Part shown: one piece after another, positions 50,945-62,500 of the stretch
How positions within the stretch are numbered: position 1 is the stretch's first letter
Layout of the letters: every line of letters begins with the position of its first letter
Origin: Mobula hypostoma
Lineage: Eukaryota
Direction: 5' to 3'
Length of the DNA: 64,000 nt
Assembly: GCF_963921235.1 (NCBI RefSeq)
Contig: NC_086097.1
Location: 93,560,001-93,624,000, forward strand
The notes under the pieces: generated by a model
Told to the model about the DNA's origin: nothing
Database searches by the model: none
Seen by the model: only the letters and a program-made list of their open reading frames with translations
Program-made: the position numbers and the translations under genes

Positions 50945-51300
50945 ACCCACTCCGCCTGTATTCGGAGTGAAATATCACTGTTAATGGCCCCTCTCCCTGC
51001 ATCTGTAATTCATAGTTCGTCACCCAGTCGGCCTGTAGCTGAACTGAAATATGACTGTGCATGGGTTGGGTCTCTCTGCCTGTATCTGGAGTGTCACAGT
51101 TCATCACCCAGTCTGCCTGTACCTGAACTGAAATATCACTGTTCATGGATTGGGTCTCTCTGCCTGTATCTGGAGTGTCACAGTTCATCACCCAGTCTGC
51201 CTGTATCTGAACTGAAATATCACTGATCACAGGTCTCTCTGCCTGTATCTGGAGTGTCACTGTTCATCACCCACTCTGCCTGTATCTGGAGTGTCACTCT
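50945..51300. repeat. Minisatellite with a period of about 85 bp built from TCTGCCTGTATCTG-containing subunits
   Basis: Repeated CTCTGCCTGTATCTGGAGTGTCACAGTTCATCACCCAGTCTGCCTGTA..TGAACTGAAATATCACTG; the ORF track shows the matching peptide periodicity. Confidence 0.85.
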
Positions 51301-51759
51301 TCGTGGCTGCCTGCCCATGAGCAGAGTCCTGATATTCCTTGATTTGAATCTACAGGGAATGTCAGCATTTGTGAGATGCTGCCTGTGTGTGTGACATTGG
51401 TATTCATAGAGTACTTTGCCTGTGCCAGAGTGACAGTTTTGAATTAGTAACCTGGAAAGGATTTGGGTACAGCTGTAGATCAAGTGTATAAGTTTGACGT
51501 ACATTGCAGATTTCCCTGGGTCCCATCTCACACAATAAGGATGGAGCATGGCTGTGAATCTGCAGGACTATGGAGTGACGGCTGATAATTCCTCTGCCTT
51601 GCATCTCAGGCACCCAGTGCTTAAGGCCTGAGAGGATGGGATGGTGCATCCAGCTGAACTTCAGAATGAGCTGAAACCAGAGTGGGGCGAGGTGGCAACT
51701 TGACCAGAGGAAAGGCACAGACAGAGACTTTGTGGCCTGATTAATCAGATAATTGTGGC

Positions 51760-52035
51760 GATAGGCAGCACAGTGGTGGTGTGGTTAGTACCAGCGACCC
51801 GGGTTCAATTCCCACTGCTGTCCATAAGAAGTTTGTACCTTCTCCCCGTGACCCCGTGGGTTTCTTCTGGGTGTTCCAGTTTCCTGCCACAGTCCAAATG
51901 TGCACCGGTTGGTAGGTTAATTGGTCAGTGTAAATTGTCCTGGGATTAGGCTGGGGTTAAACCAGGGATTGCTGGGTAGTGCGCCCCGAAGGAAAGGAAT
52001 GGCCCATTCCACACTGTATGTTAATTAAATTTAAA
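51760..52035 (+). mobile_element. V-SINE/HE1-like tRNA-derived SINE
   Basis: B-box-like GGTTCAATTCC, V-domain GTTTGTACCTTCTCCCCGTGACC...GGGTTT...GGTTAATTGG. Confidence 0.7.
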
Positions 52036-53559
52036 AAATAGTGCACTGAGTTGCATCCAAGTCCTTATGATGGAGTAAGTATGCAATTGGAAGCTAACCT
52101 CCCAGTTAAGTTGGGTGTCAGTGCTTTCAATACTCTGCGAAAGGATGGGGGTGAAACTGCATTTAGGGTGCAGGTACTGTGAGTGGGGTCAGGAGTGCAA
52201 AGTCAATGTCTTTGACATTCTATGTAGTTAACTAGAGAAATCCGACAGTAGATGAGCAGTCAGAAATAATAAAGGGCTTGAAAGAAGTCAGGTAGGGCAG
52301 GGTGTCGTCGGGGTTTTTTAGTCTGCAACATACTGAATGTAGTGAAGGGAGCAGCACAGAGTTATGGAGCATTACAGCACAGAAACACGCCCTTCGGCCC
52401 ATCCAGGTTGTGCCAAACTATTATTCTACCTAGTCCCATTGACCTGCACCTAACCATGGCCCTCCCTACCCATGCTGTTCATGTACTTATCCAAATGATC
52501 TGAAAATCAAACCCGCATCCACTGCTGCCGCTAATTCACTCTCACCACCCTCTGAGTGAAGAAGATCCCCCTCAGGTTTCCCTTAAGAATTTCACCTTTC
52601 ACTCTTAACCCATGACCTCCAGTTCTAGTCTCACCCAACCTCAGAGACGCTGAGACAATGGGATTCACAGCCCAGTGAGCAACAGTGGAGGGGGTCTGAA
52701 AGATGACATTACCAGTTCTTCAGACAACCTGGATAGCAGGTTTTCCCAGTCCAATTGATCCTGGAGGTACATTATAGGGCCGGCTGCATTTGTCCTCTTG
52801 AAATACTTGTAGCATTTTTTGGTAGAAAACTAGAGCCAATGGAGAATGATCATAAGTTGCTCATTTCAGGCTGTGCTCCAGCAAGTCACTGCAGGAGGCA
52901 ATTACACTGAACCACCCCACCCCATAGTAGATGTCAGATTGGTGTAGATTTGGGCTTTAATCTCTTGATTTGGGGTCAAAATTTCTGTCCAAATCCTGCT
53001 AAACGCCATGTTTTATGTTTGACCTTGGAAGATCTTCCAATGGATTTAAAATCACATCCCTCACAGCCCTTTTAGGAGGTCTATGCCAATGTTATAGTTT
53101 CTAATGTTTATTTTCCTTGAACCAAAACAGATTACCTAATCAATCATCTTGCTTCTGTTTGTGAGGCTTGGCTGGAGTTGGAGTTGTTTACATGTTTGTC
53201 TGAAATAACATGGATCACTGAACTTAAAAGTAAATTATATTATTTGAAATGTTCCTCTGATATGAAAATGGTAAAGGAGTTATGTATTTTTCTCTCTGTG
53301 CTCTATATTAGTGTTCTAACAAGTAACATTGCAGTTAAGTTGCAGGGAATTTGGCTGGACTCTTCGGTGGTGGACCTGTCTTCTCACCATCCTTGGGGTT
53401 ATTGTTTATTCATGAGGTCAGGGATCTGATATCACCTGGTGTGGATATCAAGAATCAAGAATGTTAGACACAAAGAGGGAAACCTGGTTGCTGTCTGGAG
53501 ATATTCACTCAGGTCATTTGTTTATGAAGCACCTTTCACAACCTCAGCTTGTCCTGTCC

Positions 53560-53880
53560 CCTGATTAAGATGTCTAGAACCAGGGGCCACTCTTTCAGAA
53601 TAAGGGACCGACCATTCAAATTTAACATGAGTGGAAATTCCTTTACTCAAATGGTGGTAAATCTTTGGAATTCTGTACCCAGGAGGACAGTGGAGGTTCC
53701 GTCACTGACTTAATTCAGAGTGGAGACTGATAGATTCCCGAATATGGAAGACGCAAGGGATACGGGGTTAGTGCAGGAAAATGGTACTGAGGTGGAAGAT
53801 TAGTCGTATTTTGTTAAATGACAGAGCAGACTTGAAGGGCTAAGTGGCCTATTGCTGCTCCTGTTTGTTATGTTTTTGAT
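53560..53880 (+). mobile_element. CR1-type LINE 3' tail fragment
   Basis: AGAACCAGGGGCCAC...TTCCTTTACTCAAATGGTGGTAAATCTTTGGAATTCT (RGH...FTQ..V.LWN); related tails at about 40030-40290 and 52360-52640. Confidence 0.65.
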
Positions 53881-53939
53881 CTTCAGAACAGCTGCATGTA
53901 ATATTTTCCATGTATTTGAGTTTAGTAGCTTGCCTACTG

Positions 53940-54137
53940 GTCGGCTGGTGGTGTAGTGGCATCAGCACTTGACTTCAAGCCAGATGGTCCTGAGTTCAAG
54001 CCCAGCCGGGTCCCAACCCGGGCAGCAGCTGTAAGAAAGGCTTGGCAATCTACTTCCATAGCTTGCCATGAAAACCCTATGGACCCTGTGGTCCATGAAG
54101 TCATGAAGAGTCAGACTTGACTAAAGACTGAACAACG
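53940..54137 (+). mobile_element. tRNA-derived SINE with an RTE/Bov-B-like 3' tail
   Basis: A box TGGTGTAGTGG, B box GAGTTCAAGCC; tail GGTCCATGAAGTCATGAAGAGTCAGACTTGACTAAAGACTGAACAAC resembles RTE-BovB 3' ends. Confidence 0.65.
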
Positions 54138-55424
54138 AGAAAGCTTGCCTATAAGACAGTTCACACAGTGTGTGGAGAGCACCCTCAGCCCACGTCTCTG
54201 GAGTGAGGAATTGTACTTGTACCTGTACTTGGTTTGACTCAAACAAGTGGATCTCCTCTGAGGCACAGCTGGTGAATGGGTACAGGACCGAAAGAGGAAG
54301 GGAAAGGACATTTGGACAGGAGATGTTGGAAATGTCATTCGGTCATGGAGCACAAAAATGACCAACTAATCCACTCTGACCTCCAAGTACCGATCTACAC
54401 ATACTTACCCAGATTCCTCTCAACTACCACTCTGCTTTACTTACAATTTACAGTGGCCAGTTAGTCTATCAACTCCCACATCCTTGCAACGTGGAAGCAA
54501 TCAGGAGGGTCCGTGGTGACAGAGAGAGTATGCCAAGTCTACACAGATAGCACTGCATTTCCAACTGGGTCCCTGGAGCTGGGAAGGAGCAGTTTTCCCA
54601 GCCATGCCATTATGTCAAAGTGGGGGGAGCAAGAATGGCAGGCCCAGAGAAGGAGATAAACTATGGCAGTAATTTACTGTGTAAAAAACCAAGGACTAAT
54701 TGATACTGGAGATTGTGGAGAAGAGGAGGTAAAGAGAAGATTGCATTTTCCAGTGATAATGTGTGGGAATACCCAAAGCTGAACCTTTTTCCATCAGGAG
54801 CTTCTCTTCTCTCCTGAACTACCACCTCCAACTTCTAACCACCCTGGCCCTCATTTAGACTTTGTTGAAGCTGGGCAGTAAGTAATGGGCTTGAATATCC
54901 CTTGACTCTGTTTTACATTACAAAGTGCACGTTTCTGAAACAAGCCTATCAGTTTGACCCCTGAAATATCTGTTCCAGAGCTCTTGGCCCTATTCCCTAA
55001 CTCCTAACTGTACGTCTAACTTGTAACGTCAAACACAAAATATTAGTCCTTAAAAAGAACCTTTAATCCACAAAACAAAGCCTTTGACCTTTTACCTGCG
55101 GCTGCTCAGTAAAACCCTAACACCCAATTTCACCCTAAAGTATCCCAGTCATAACCTTCAGCATAACTGCTTCTTCTTCTTTTGAGAAATGAGCATTTAT
55201 GTTGAACCTTCCAACATATTCTCATCCTCGGCTGGATAATCACAAACTGGACACGGTTAGTGAAGCGCCTGGTCCAAATTGGAGTGATGGTGGCCAGTGA
55301 AACTATGACTCATGGGAGAAGAGAGTAACAAACATAATGGGAGAAGGTTCAATTATCCCGTTGCCCATAATCATCCTTTTGTTGGTTAATAGATTGACTA
55401 ATTGTAGACTCTAGCGATCCTTTG

Positions 55425-56115
55425 TCATAGTCATAGTCATAGTCATACTTTATTGATCCCGGGGGAAATTGGTTTTCGTTGGTTTTGTGCTCATCCGGTA
55501 CATTATGTAGTGGATGGTAGACATTGACCAAGATGGCATGCAACTTGGACAGCATCCTCTTTTCAGACACCACCATCAGAGAGTCCAGTTCCATCCCCAC
55601 AACATCACTGGCCTTATGAATGAGTTTGTTGATTCTGTTGGTGTCTGCTACCCTCAGCCTGCTGCCCCAGCACACAACAGCAAACATGATCGCACTGGCC
55701 ACCACAGACTCATAGACCATCCTCAGCATCGTCCGGCAGATGTTAAAGGACCTCAGTCTCCTCAGGAAATAGAGACGGCTCTGACCCTTCTTGTAGACAG
55801 CCTCAGTGTTCTTTGACCAGTCCAGTTTATTGTCAATTTGTATCCCTAGGTATTTGTAATCCTCCACCATGTCCACACTGGTACCTTAGCTCTCCTCAGG
55901 TCTACCACCAGCTCCTTAGTCTTTTTCACATTAAGCTGCAGATAATTCTGCTCACACCATGTGACCAAGTTTCCTACCGTAGCCCTGTACTCAGCCTCAT
56001 CTCCCTTGCTGATGCATCCAACTATGGCAGAGTCATCAGAAAACTTCTGAAGATGACAAGACTCTGTGCAGTAGTTGAAGTCCGAGGTGTAAATGGTGAA
56101 GAGAAAGGGAGACAA
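55425..56115 (-). mobile_element. Rex1/Babar-like LINE fragment
   Basis: Near-identical to 6640-7270; LQKFSDDSAIVG; (ATGACT)n tail at 55425-55446. Confidence 0.88.
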
Positions 56116-56929
56116 GACAATCAATCCCTTTCACCATGTTACTGTCTCAAGTTGAATTGGGTCAGTTGCAAGCATTTCATCCTGGCTGGCCCCACTGATC
56201 GATTGCCCCTAAAGACGTACTTGTGGAACTCTGACCCTGGCTCAGTCACTTTCCGGAGGACTGTGGATTCTCCTGCTCTGAGATTCCAGTACTGTGTTTG
56301 GGGACTCCACATTCCATAAGCTCCACAGAAGTTGGCTTAGATCTGCTTACGCTGTCAACCCTGTTGTCAATCGGCAGCTCTAATGGGACCATCCTTGACA
56401 TTGGTATTGGAAGCTGCAGACCTGAGCTGCACCTCCTCATCACTATCAGGCATATCCCCATTTGTTCTAAACACTTCCCTGTTCAGTAGATTATCATCAC
56501 AACTCAATTCATACCCAACTAATTTCCCAGTTTAGGATTTCCGTCCTGAACCTGGAACATACAGGCTTGCACAGTCACTTTCATAATCACAAATCCCACA
56601 TTTCCTGGTCTGAATTGTTTGTGCTTGTGAAGTTCGGGGATTTTGCTGCCAAGAGTCATTTCATTGATTTTGTAGGAATTGGTTGTTGTTCCCCTTTTTT
56701 GAAAAGTTATCAGTTGCTGAGGGCTCATCCTGGAAGCCTGAACAATGCTAAAGCATTTTGCAATGTTACCACTGATTGCTCCCACTGTAGCAGTCGTTCC
56801 TCATGGTAGTTTGGATTGTGCTTTTGCTTTGAGGAAATCGTTGAACCTTTAGGTGTGGTAGAAGGAAATGCCTCAACATGCTCCTTCACAAGTCTGAACT
56901 GCTTGTGAGAGACTGTGCTCCCACAGGTA

Positions 56930-57146
56930 AGAAGAAGAAGAAAGCCCTTAACTCCGAGTGGAGTCATCGGGACACCGTCATGACGGCGTTTTTTTAAGCA
57001 GGCTTTCTTATTTTTATGAGGCCGAGTTGCTAGCTCGACGCTCAACCCAGCATGGATGGAAAGTGTGCAAGGGAGCCGGCTGGATTCGAACTTGGGAGCC
57101 TTCGCTCTGAAGTCCAGTGCTGATGCCACTACGCCACCAGCTGGCT
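56930..57146 (-). mobile_element. tRNA-derived SINE with a (TTC)n tail
   Basis: Head GCTGGTGGCGTAGTGGCATCAGCAC...AGTTCGAATCC shared with 53940; different body and tail. Confidence 0.65.
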
Positions 57147-57459
57147 GCTCCCCCTGGGTACTTTAACCTAAACACTGTGTTAACGAGAGCTGTGGAAATA
57201 ATAGCTGAAGGTGGATTCTCGCCGTGGGACTGGCGGTTAGGTGGTTGTAAACGTCATCAGCCTGGGACCATGAAGATCAGATCTGGTGTCAGAGAGATGA
57301 AACACAGGGTCTGATGGAAACGGGAGCCATGCTAAAGCTGATATGAAGAGTAAATCACTTTCACTTGGAGCCATTCCTCTGACAACCGGTGCCATCAACT
57401 GACTTCAGGTGTATTTTTTTTCCATTCATTTATTGCTTTACTTGCAATTTTATTTATTT

Positions 57460-57700
57460 TGTTTTGAGATACAGCACGGTAGCAAGCTCTTCTGGCCCAT
57501 TGAGCCTGCGCTGTCGGATTACACCCACGTAACCAATCAACCTACTAACCTGTGCATCTTTGGAATGTGGGAGGAAACCAGAGCACCTGGCGAAAACCCG
57601 GGTGGTCACAGAGAGAATATGCAGACCCCTGACGGATGGTGGCGGAGTAGAACCTGGGTCGCTGGCGTTGTCATAGCGCCACACTGCTACGCTGCTATCC
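57460..57700 (-). mobile_element. V-SINE/HE1-like SINE
   Basis: V-domain ...TTCTCTCTGTGACCACCCGGGTTTTCGCCAGGTGCTCTGGTTTCCTCCCACATTCCAAAGA; related copy at 59545-59860 (+). Confidence 0.7.
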
Positions 57701-57979
57701 TACTCCAAAGTTCCTCATGCCAAGGGTGGCACCTATGTTTCCAAGGATCATCAGCTTGTCGTGTTGGAGAGGCTTGCGAGATCCTGAGTTCCCGAAAGTG
57801 ATGCTGTTCGGCAATTATCTCCTGGTAGTGCCACCCTTGGCACTAAGGTCAAGGGTGAGGTTCCAGACGAAGAGCGATCCAACAGAGACCTCAGTGGTGG
57901 AGCTGGTGGAAGATGGTGATGCATTATAACAGTGGTGAACGTGGAGGAAAGCTGCAGCAGTAAAGTGTCCCAGTCTTCT

Positions 57980-58081
57980 TGCACTCCACGTCACTGGACC
58001 CTGACCCCGATCTGCACTCCACGTCACTGGACCCTGACCCCGACCTGCACTCCACGTCACTGGACCCTGACCCCGATCTGC
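57980..58081. repeat. 33-bp tandem repeat, 3 copies, inside a probable non-autonomous RTE-derived element (about 57925-58390)
   Basis: TGCACTCCACGTCACTGGACCCTGACCCCGA(T/C)C three times; the host element ends in (TGA)n. Confidence 0.85.
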
Positions 58082-58859
58082 CGAGGACCATGTAGTGGCT
58101 GCCTGTGCATCAGCCTTCCCACATTAGACAAAGTCACACACAAGCGTTTTCCAGACAACCCCTTAGGACAGGTAGTGCATATTAAAAGTCCTAGTTGTGC
58201 GACCACTGGCGCCAGGTAGACAATCACTGAAGTGTATTGATAATGGCCGGGGTCACCCGTCTTGTAAAGACACTGACCAGAAGAAGGCAATGGCAAATCA
58301 CTTTGGTGGAAAAATTGGCCAAGCACAGTCTTGGTTGTGGATAAGAACATGCTTGCCTGCATCACATGACACATAATGATGATGATGATGTTTCTGAGTT
58401 GCTGGGATTCCTGTGGTCTTGAGTGCATCTGTACCAAACCTTTAAACACACACACCAAAAGTGTAAGCAAATCCATAGGGTGAGTTCTTGAAGCACTCGA
58501 AGATGTAAATGTACGGATAAATTACACATTAACTTGTTTTAACAGCCGTAGTCACAGTGGTGACTGAGTTACATCTAAAAATTGAATACCTAATGGAAAG
58601 ATTAGATTTATTCTTTGGGGTTTCTTGTTTTGTGGATGTCTGCGAAGAGTAAGAATTTCAGGTTGTGTACTGTGTACATATTTTAGAAGATGCTGACTTT
58701 GTGGATGACCTCACATAACTATCACGTACATGCCAGCACTTGCAAGGGAGAGCTGAGTGCCTGTGTTCTTTAGTGGACAGGTTGGACTCAGAGTCAGCCA
58801 GAGAAAGACTGGGACCCTGACCCTCCATGTAGAGTCTCTCCTCCTCCCATCGAGGCATA

Positions 58860-59490
58860 CGGCATCACCGTACCCAGCACTGGCAGAATCACCTTCCTGG
58901 GCGGCAGCATTTGGCTGGACGGTGGGACCAAAGGCAACATCCGGTGCAGACTCAGCAAAGCTAGAAATGTCCTCAGGTCAATGACCAACATATGGCGATC
59001 AACCAAGTAGAGTATCCACATCAAGGTGAAGCCGTACCGGAGCTGTGCTCTGTCCACACACTTTTACAGGTCAGAGTGCTGGCATGTAACAGAGAACGAC
59101 CTTGCCAAGCTCTCGTCAGTCCACACCATGAATCTCCGGAAGGCCCTCCATGTTTTCCGGCCAAGAAAGACCTCCAACCACACCTTACTCCTTCAGTGTC
59201 ATCAAGAGGAGATGGCTACAAGCATCATGAGGAAACGTTGGAGGTGGATTGGGCATATGATGAGAAGAGAAGCCAACTCCATCATCAAGGCAGCACCTCA
59301 TTGGACCCTCGAAGAACAGAGGAAACACAGGAGACCAGAGACAACGTGTCACTGTACCGTAGAGGCAGGAATGAGAACTCTGAACCACACCTGGGGCACA
59401 ATAGAGAAGATGGCCAAGGACAGACAGAGGTGGAGGACCTTCATTGGTGCCCTAAATGCCGGTGGCGTAACAGGCATTTGATGACGATGG
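58860..59490 (+). mobile_element. RTE-clade LINE 3' fragment
   Basis: YRSECW...RKRWRWIGHMMRRE...HWT...RRPETT...MAKDRQRWR, typical of RTE C-termini; (TGA)-like tail. Confidence 0.75.
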
Positions 59491-60209
59491 TGACTGTATA
59501 CATTCTCTGATATTAAATTGAACCATTTGATTTGAACACCTTTGCAGTGGGGTGGCACGCTGTCTGCAGTTAGTGCTGCAACTTCAGAGCTCCAGTAACT
59601 TGGATTCAGTTCTGACCAGGTGCTGTCCATGTGGAGTTTGCACGTTCTGCCTGAGACAACGTGGGTTTTGTGGGCACTCTGACTTCCTCCCACATCCCAG
59701 AGGTGTATCGGTGTGTTTAACTGGCTACTGCAAATTGCACAGCAGTGTAGGTAAATAGCAAAAGAATTGTGAAGCTCAGAAAGGACCAAGGAAGTAAGAA
59801 GCGGGGAAATGGGGATTGCTCTGATGGCATGCAGTTGATGGGCAATTGACCTCTATTGTCTGTTAACACATAATGAATTTCTGAAAGGGGGAAGTGAGAT
59901 TTAGTGTATTAGTGAGAGAGCAGCACCTATTCCTGGGAAAAAGGTTTGAGGAACCTTTCTGGGAAGTCACTATTTCTTGGAAAAGGCTGTGACCCGTTGG
60001 GCAGCTGAATCTTCTTTTTCCAGTCTTGTACATTGCCAGCTGTTGCCGCAGCCAAGATGAGAGTGGTCAGTACATGGGGTTTGGAACAGTCGGTTTGCAC
60101 AGATTGTTTGTTTCTGCCCTCTCTCAGTAAAACCTGAAGGTGTTCTACCAACTCCAATAACGTCACCAACCAGGCTTTGTTGCAAAAGCAGCCAGTAATG
60201 AATGTAAGT

Positions 60210-61190
60210 AACACACATCAAAGTTGCTGGTGAACACAGCAGGCCAGGCAGCATCTCTAGGAAGAGGTACAGTCGATGTTTCAGGCCGAGACCCTTCGTC
60301 AGGACTAACTGAAGGAAGAGCTAGTAAGAGATTTAAAATGGGACGGGGAGGGGGAGATCCAAAATGATAGGAGAAGACAGGAGGGGGAGGGATGGAGCCA
60401 AGAGCTGGACAGTTGATTGGCGAAAGAGATAAATGAGAGGATCATGGGACGGGAGGCCCAGGGAGAAAGAAAGGGGGAGGGGGGAAGCCCAGAGGATGGG
60501 CAATAACGGACGGGGTACGAGGGGGAGGTGGGGCATTAACAGAAGTTTGAGAAGTCAATATTTACGCCATCAGGTTGGAGGCTACCCAGACGGAATATAA
60601 GGTGTTGTTCCTCCAACCTGAGTGTGGCTTCATCTTTACAGTAGAGGAGGCCGTGGATAGACATATCAGAATGGGAATGGGATGTGGAATTAAAATGTGT
60701 GGCCACTGGGAGATCCTGCTTTCTCTGGTGGACAGAGCGTAGGTGTTCAGCAAAACACTCTCCCAGTCTGCGTCAGGTCTCGCCAATATATTGACTCACT
60801 TCACCTGTGAGTCGGCTGGGGTGATATACTGCATCCGGTGCTCCCGATGAGGTGTCTATTATAAGCCTATGGACTCTCACAGCTATCTGGACTATTCCTC
60901 TTCTCACCCTGTCTCTTGCAAAAATGCCATCTTGCAATTCCTCCGTCTCCGCCGCATCTGCTCTCAGGATGAGGCTTTTCATTCCAGGATGAAGGAGATG
61001 TCCTCCTTTTTTAAAGAAAGGGGCTTCCGTTCCTCCACCATCAACTCTGCTCTCAAACGCATCTCTCCCATTTCACGCACATCTGCTCTCACCCCATCCT
61101 CCCGCCACCCCACTAGGAATCGGGTGCCCCTTGTCCTCACCTGCCACCCAACCAGCCTCTGGGTCCAACATATAATTCTCTGTAACTTCC
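60210..61190. mobile_element. Penelope-like element with an internal inversion (3' end minus 60210-60792; RT C-terminal region plus 60795-61190)
   Basis: DSHSYLDYSSSHP..CKNAI..QFLRLRRICS...FKERGF; terminal repeat with hammerhead variant at 60271-60306. Confidence 0.85.
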
Positions 61191-61839
61191 TCGTGTTTGC
61201 AGTAATGAATATCACACTTTATATCTACCATGTTCAGTTTCACGGCAGGGCAAGGAGAGGACATCTTGCCCCTTCTGTAAGCTTGACCTCATCTAGAACA
61301 CTGCCATTGTGTCCTAAGCCATGCTTAAAAAGCCTTGTCCCAGTGCCTTGCTTCTCACTATGAACTGTCTCTCAGTCCAGCACTACCTTGTTCCTCCCAT
61401 CATAACTACCAGTTTCTCCAAACTCTTGCTGGGCTGTGCTGCTGTTACCTTCCCTTGGCCCAGAGCCAGACGTTGTCTAGTGAAACTCCAGTGCTGGACC
61501 TTGGGATATTTCACTGTGCCACTAGCACGACAACAACAAGTACTCTGATGCTGAACATCTGAAAAGTGAAGAGAAATTGCTGGGAGTACTCGACAGCTCA
61601 GGCAGCATTTGTGGAGAGTGAAACAGTTGGCTCACAGTATTGAACCAGTTTTGATGAAAAGTCTTCAACCTGCAACTTTAACTATGTCTCGAAAGGATTT
61701 GTCGGGTCTACTGAGTGTTTCCAGCATTCACTGGAACTATATAAAGGAGAGTTGTTGTTATGAACTATCAGTCAACATCAGAAATACAGATTGGCAGCGT
61801 GTTTGGGGAAAGAGCAAGCTTCTTTAGAATCCTGTATGC

Positions 61840-62500
61840 AGAGGTGAAGATGGTTGACAGCATCAGATTCCTCAGTTTAAATATCATCAGCTTATCCTGG
61901 TCCAACCATACTGACACTACTGCCAAGAAAGCACACTGTTGCCTCTACATCCTCAGGAAATTCAGCAGATCCCCGATGACCTACGAGTTTTTATAGGTAC
62001 ACTTTAGGAAGCATGCTCTCCAGATGCACCATGCTCTGGTATGGCACTCTTCCTCTGCCCAAGAATGGGAAGGAATTGCAGAGAGTTGTGAACACAGCCC
62101 AGTCCATCACGCAAACCAGCCTCCTATCCATTGGCTGTGTCTATACTTCCTCTGGAAAGCAGCCAAAATAATCAGGGAGCCTTCCCACCCCAGTCATTCT
62201 CTTTCCTTTCCTCTCCAGTAGATATCAACGTTTGAGACCACTGACTGCCAGACTCAAGCAAAGCTTCTGTCCTGCTGTTATCAGGCTTTTGAATGGCCCT
62301 AATGATGAATTGTTCAATCTGCTTGGTCGCGGTTTTTGCACTTCAGTCGTGTACCTGCTCTGTATTTTGTAACTGCAAAGCTATATTCTGCATACAGTTT
62401 TCCTTTCTGACACCTTGGTGTAATTATGTGTGACGTGAGCCACTTAGAGGGGACACAAAACAAACGCTTTCCACTGTGGGTACACATGACAATAATAAAC
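61840..62500 (+). mobile_element. Decayed Rex1/Babar-like LINE 3' fragment
   Basis: VDSIRFL...LSWSNHTDTTAKKAHCCLYILRKF, followed by a HPSH...SFCP-like tail. Confidence 0.55.

Noticed and set aside
53940..54010. tRNA gene
   Set aside because: A and B boxes are present but run into a SINE body and tail, with no convincing cloverleaf or terminator.
57980..58081. 33-bp repeats resembling a CRISPR array
   Set aside because: Units are directly adjacent with no spacers, there are no cas genes, and the context is eukaryotic.
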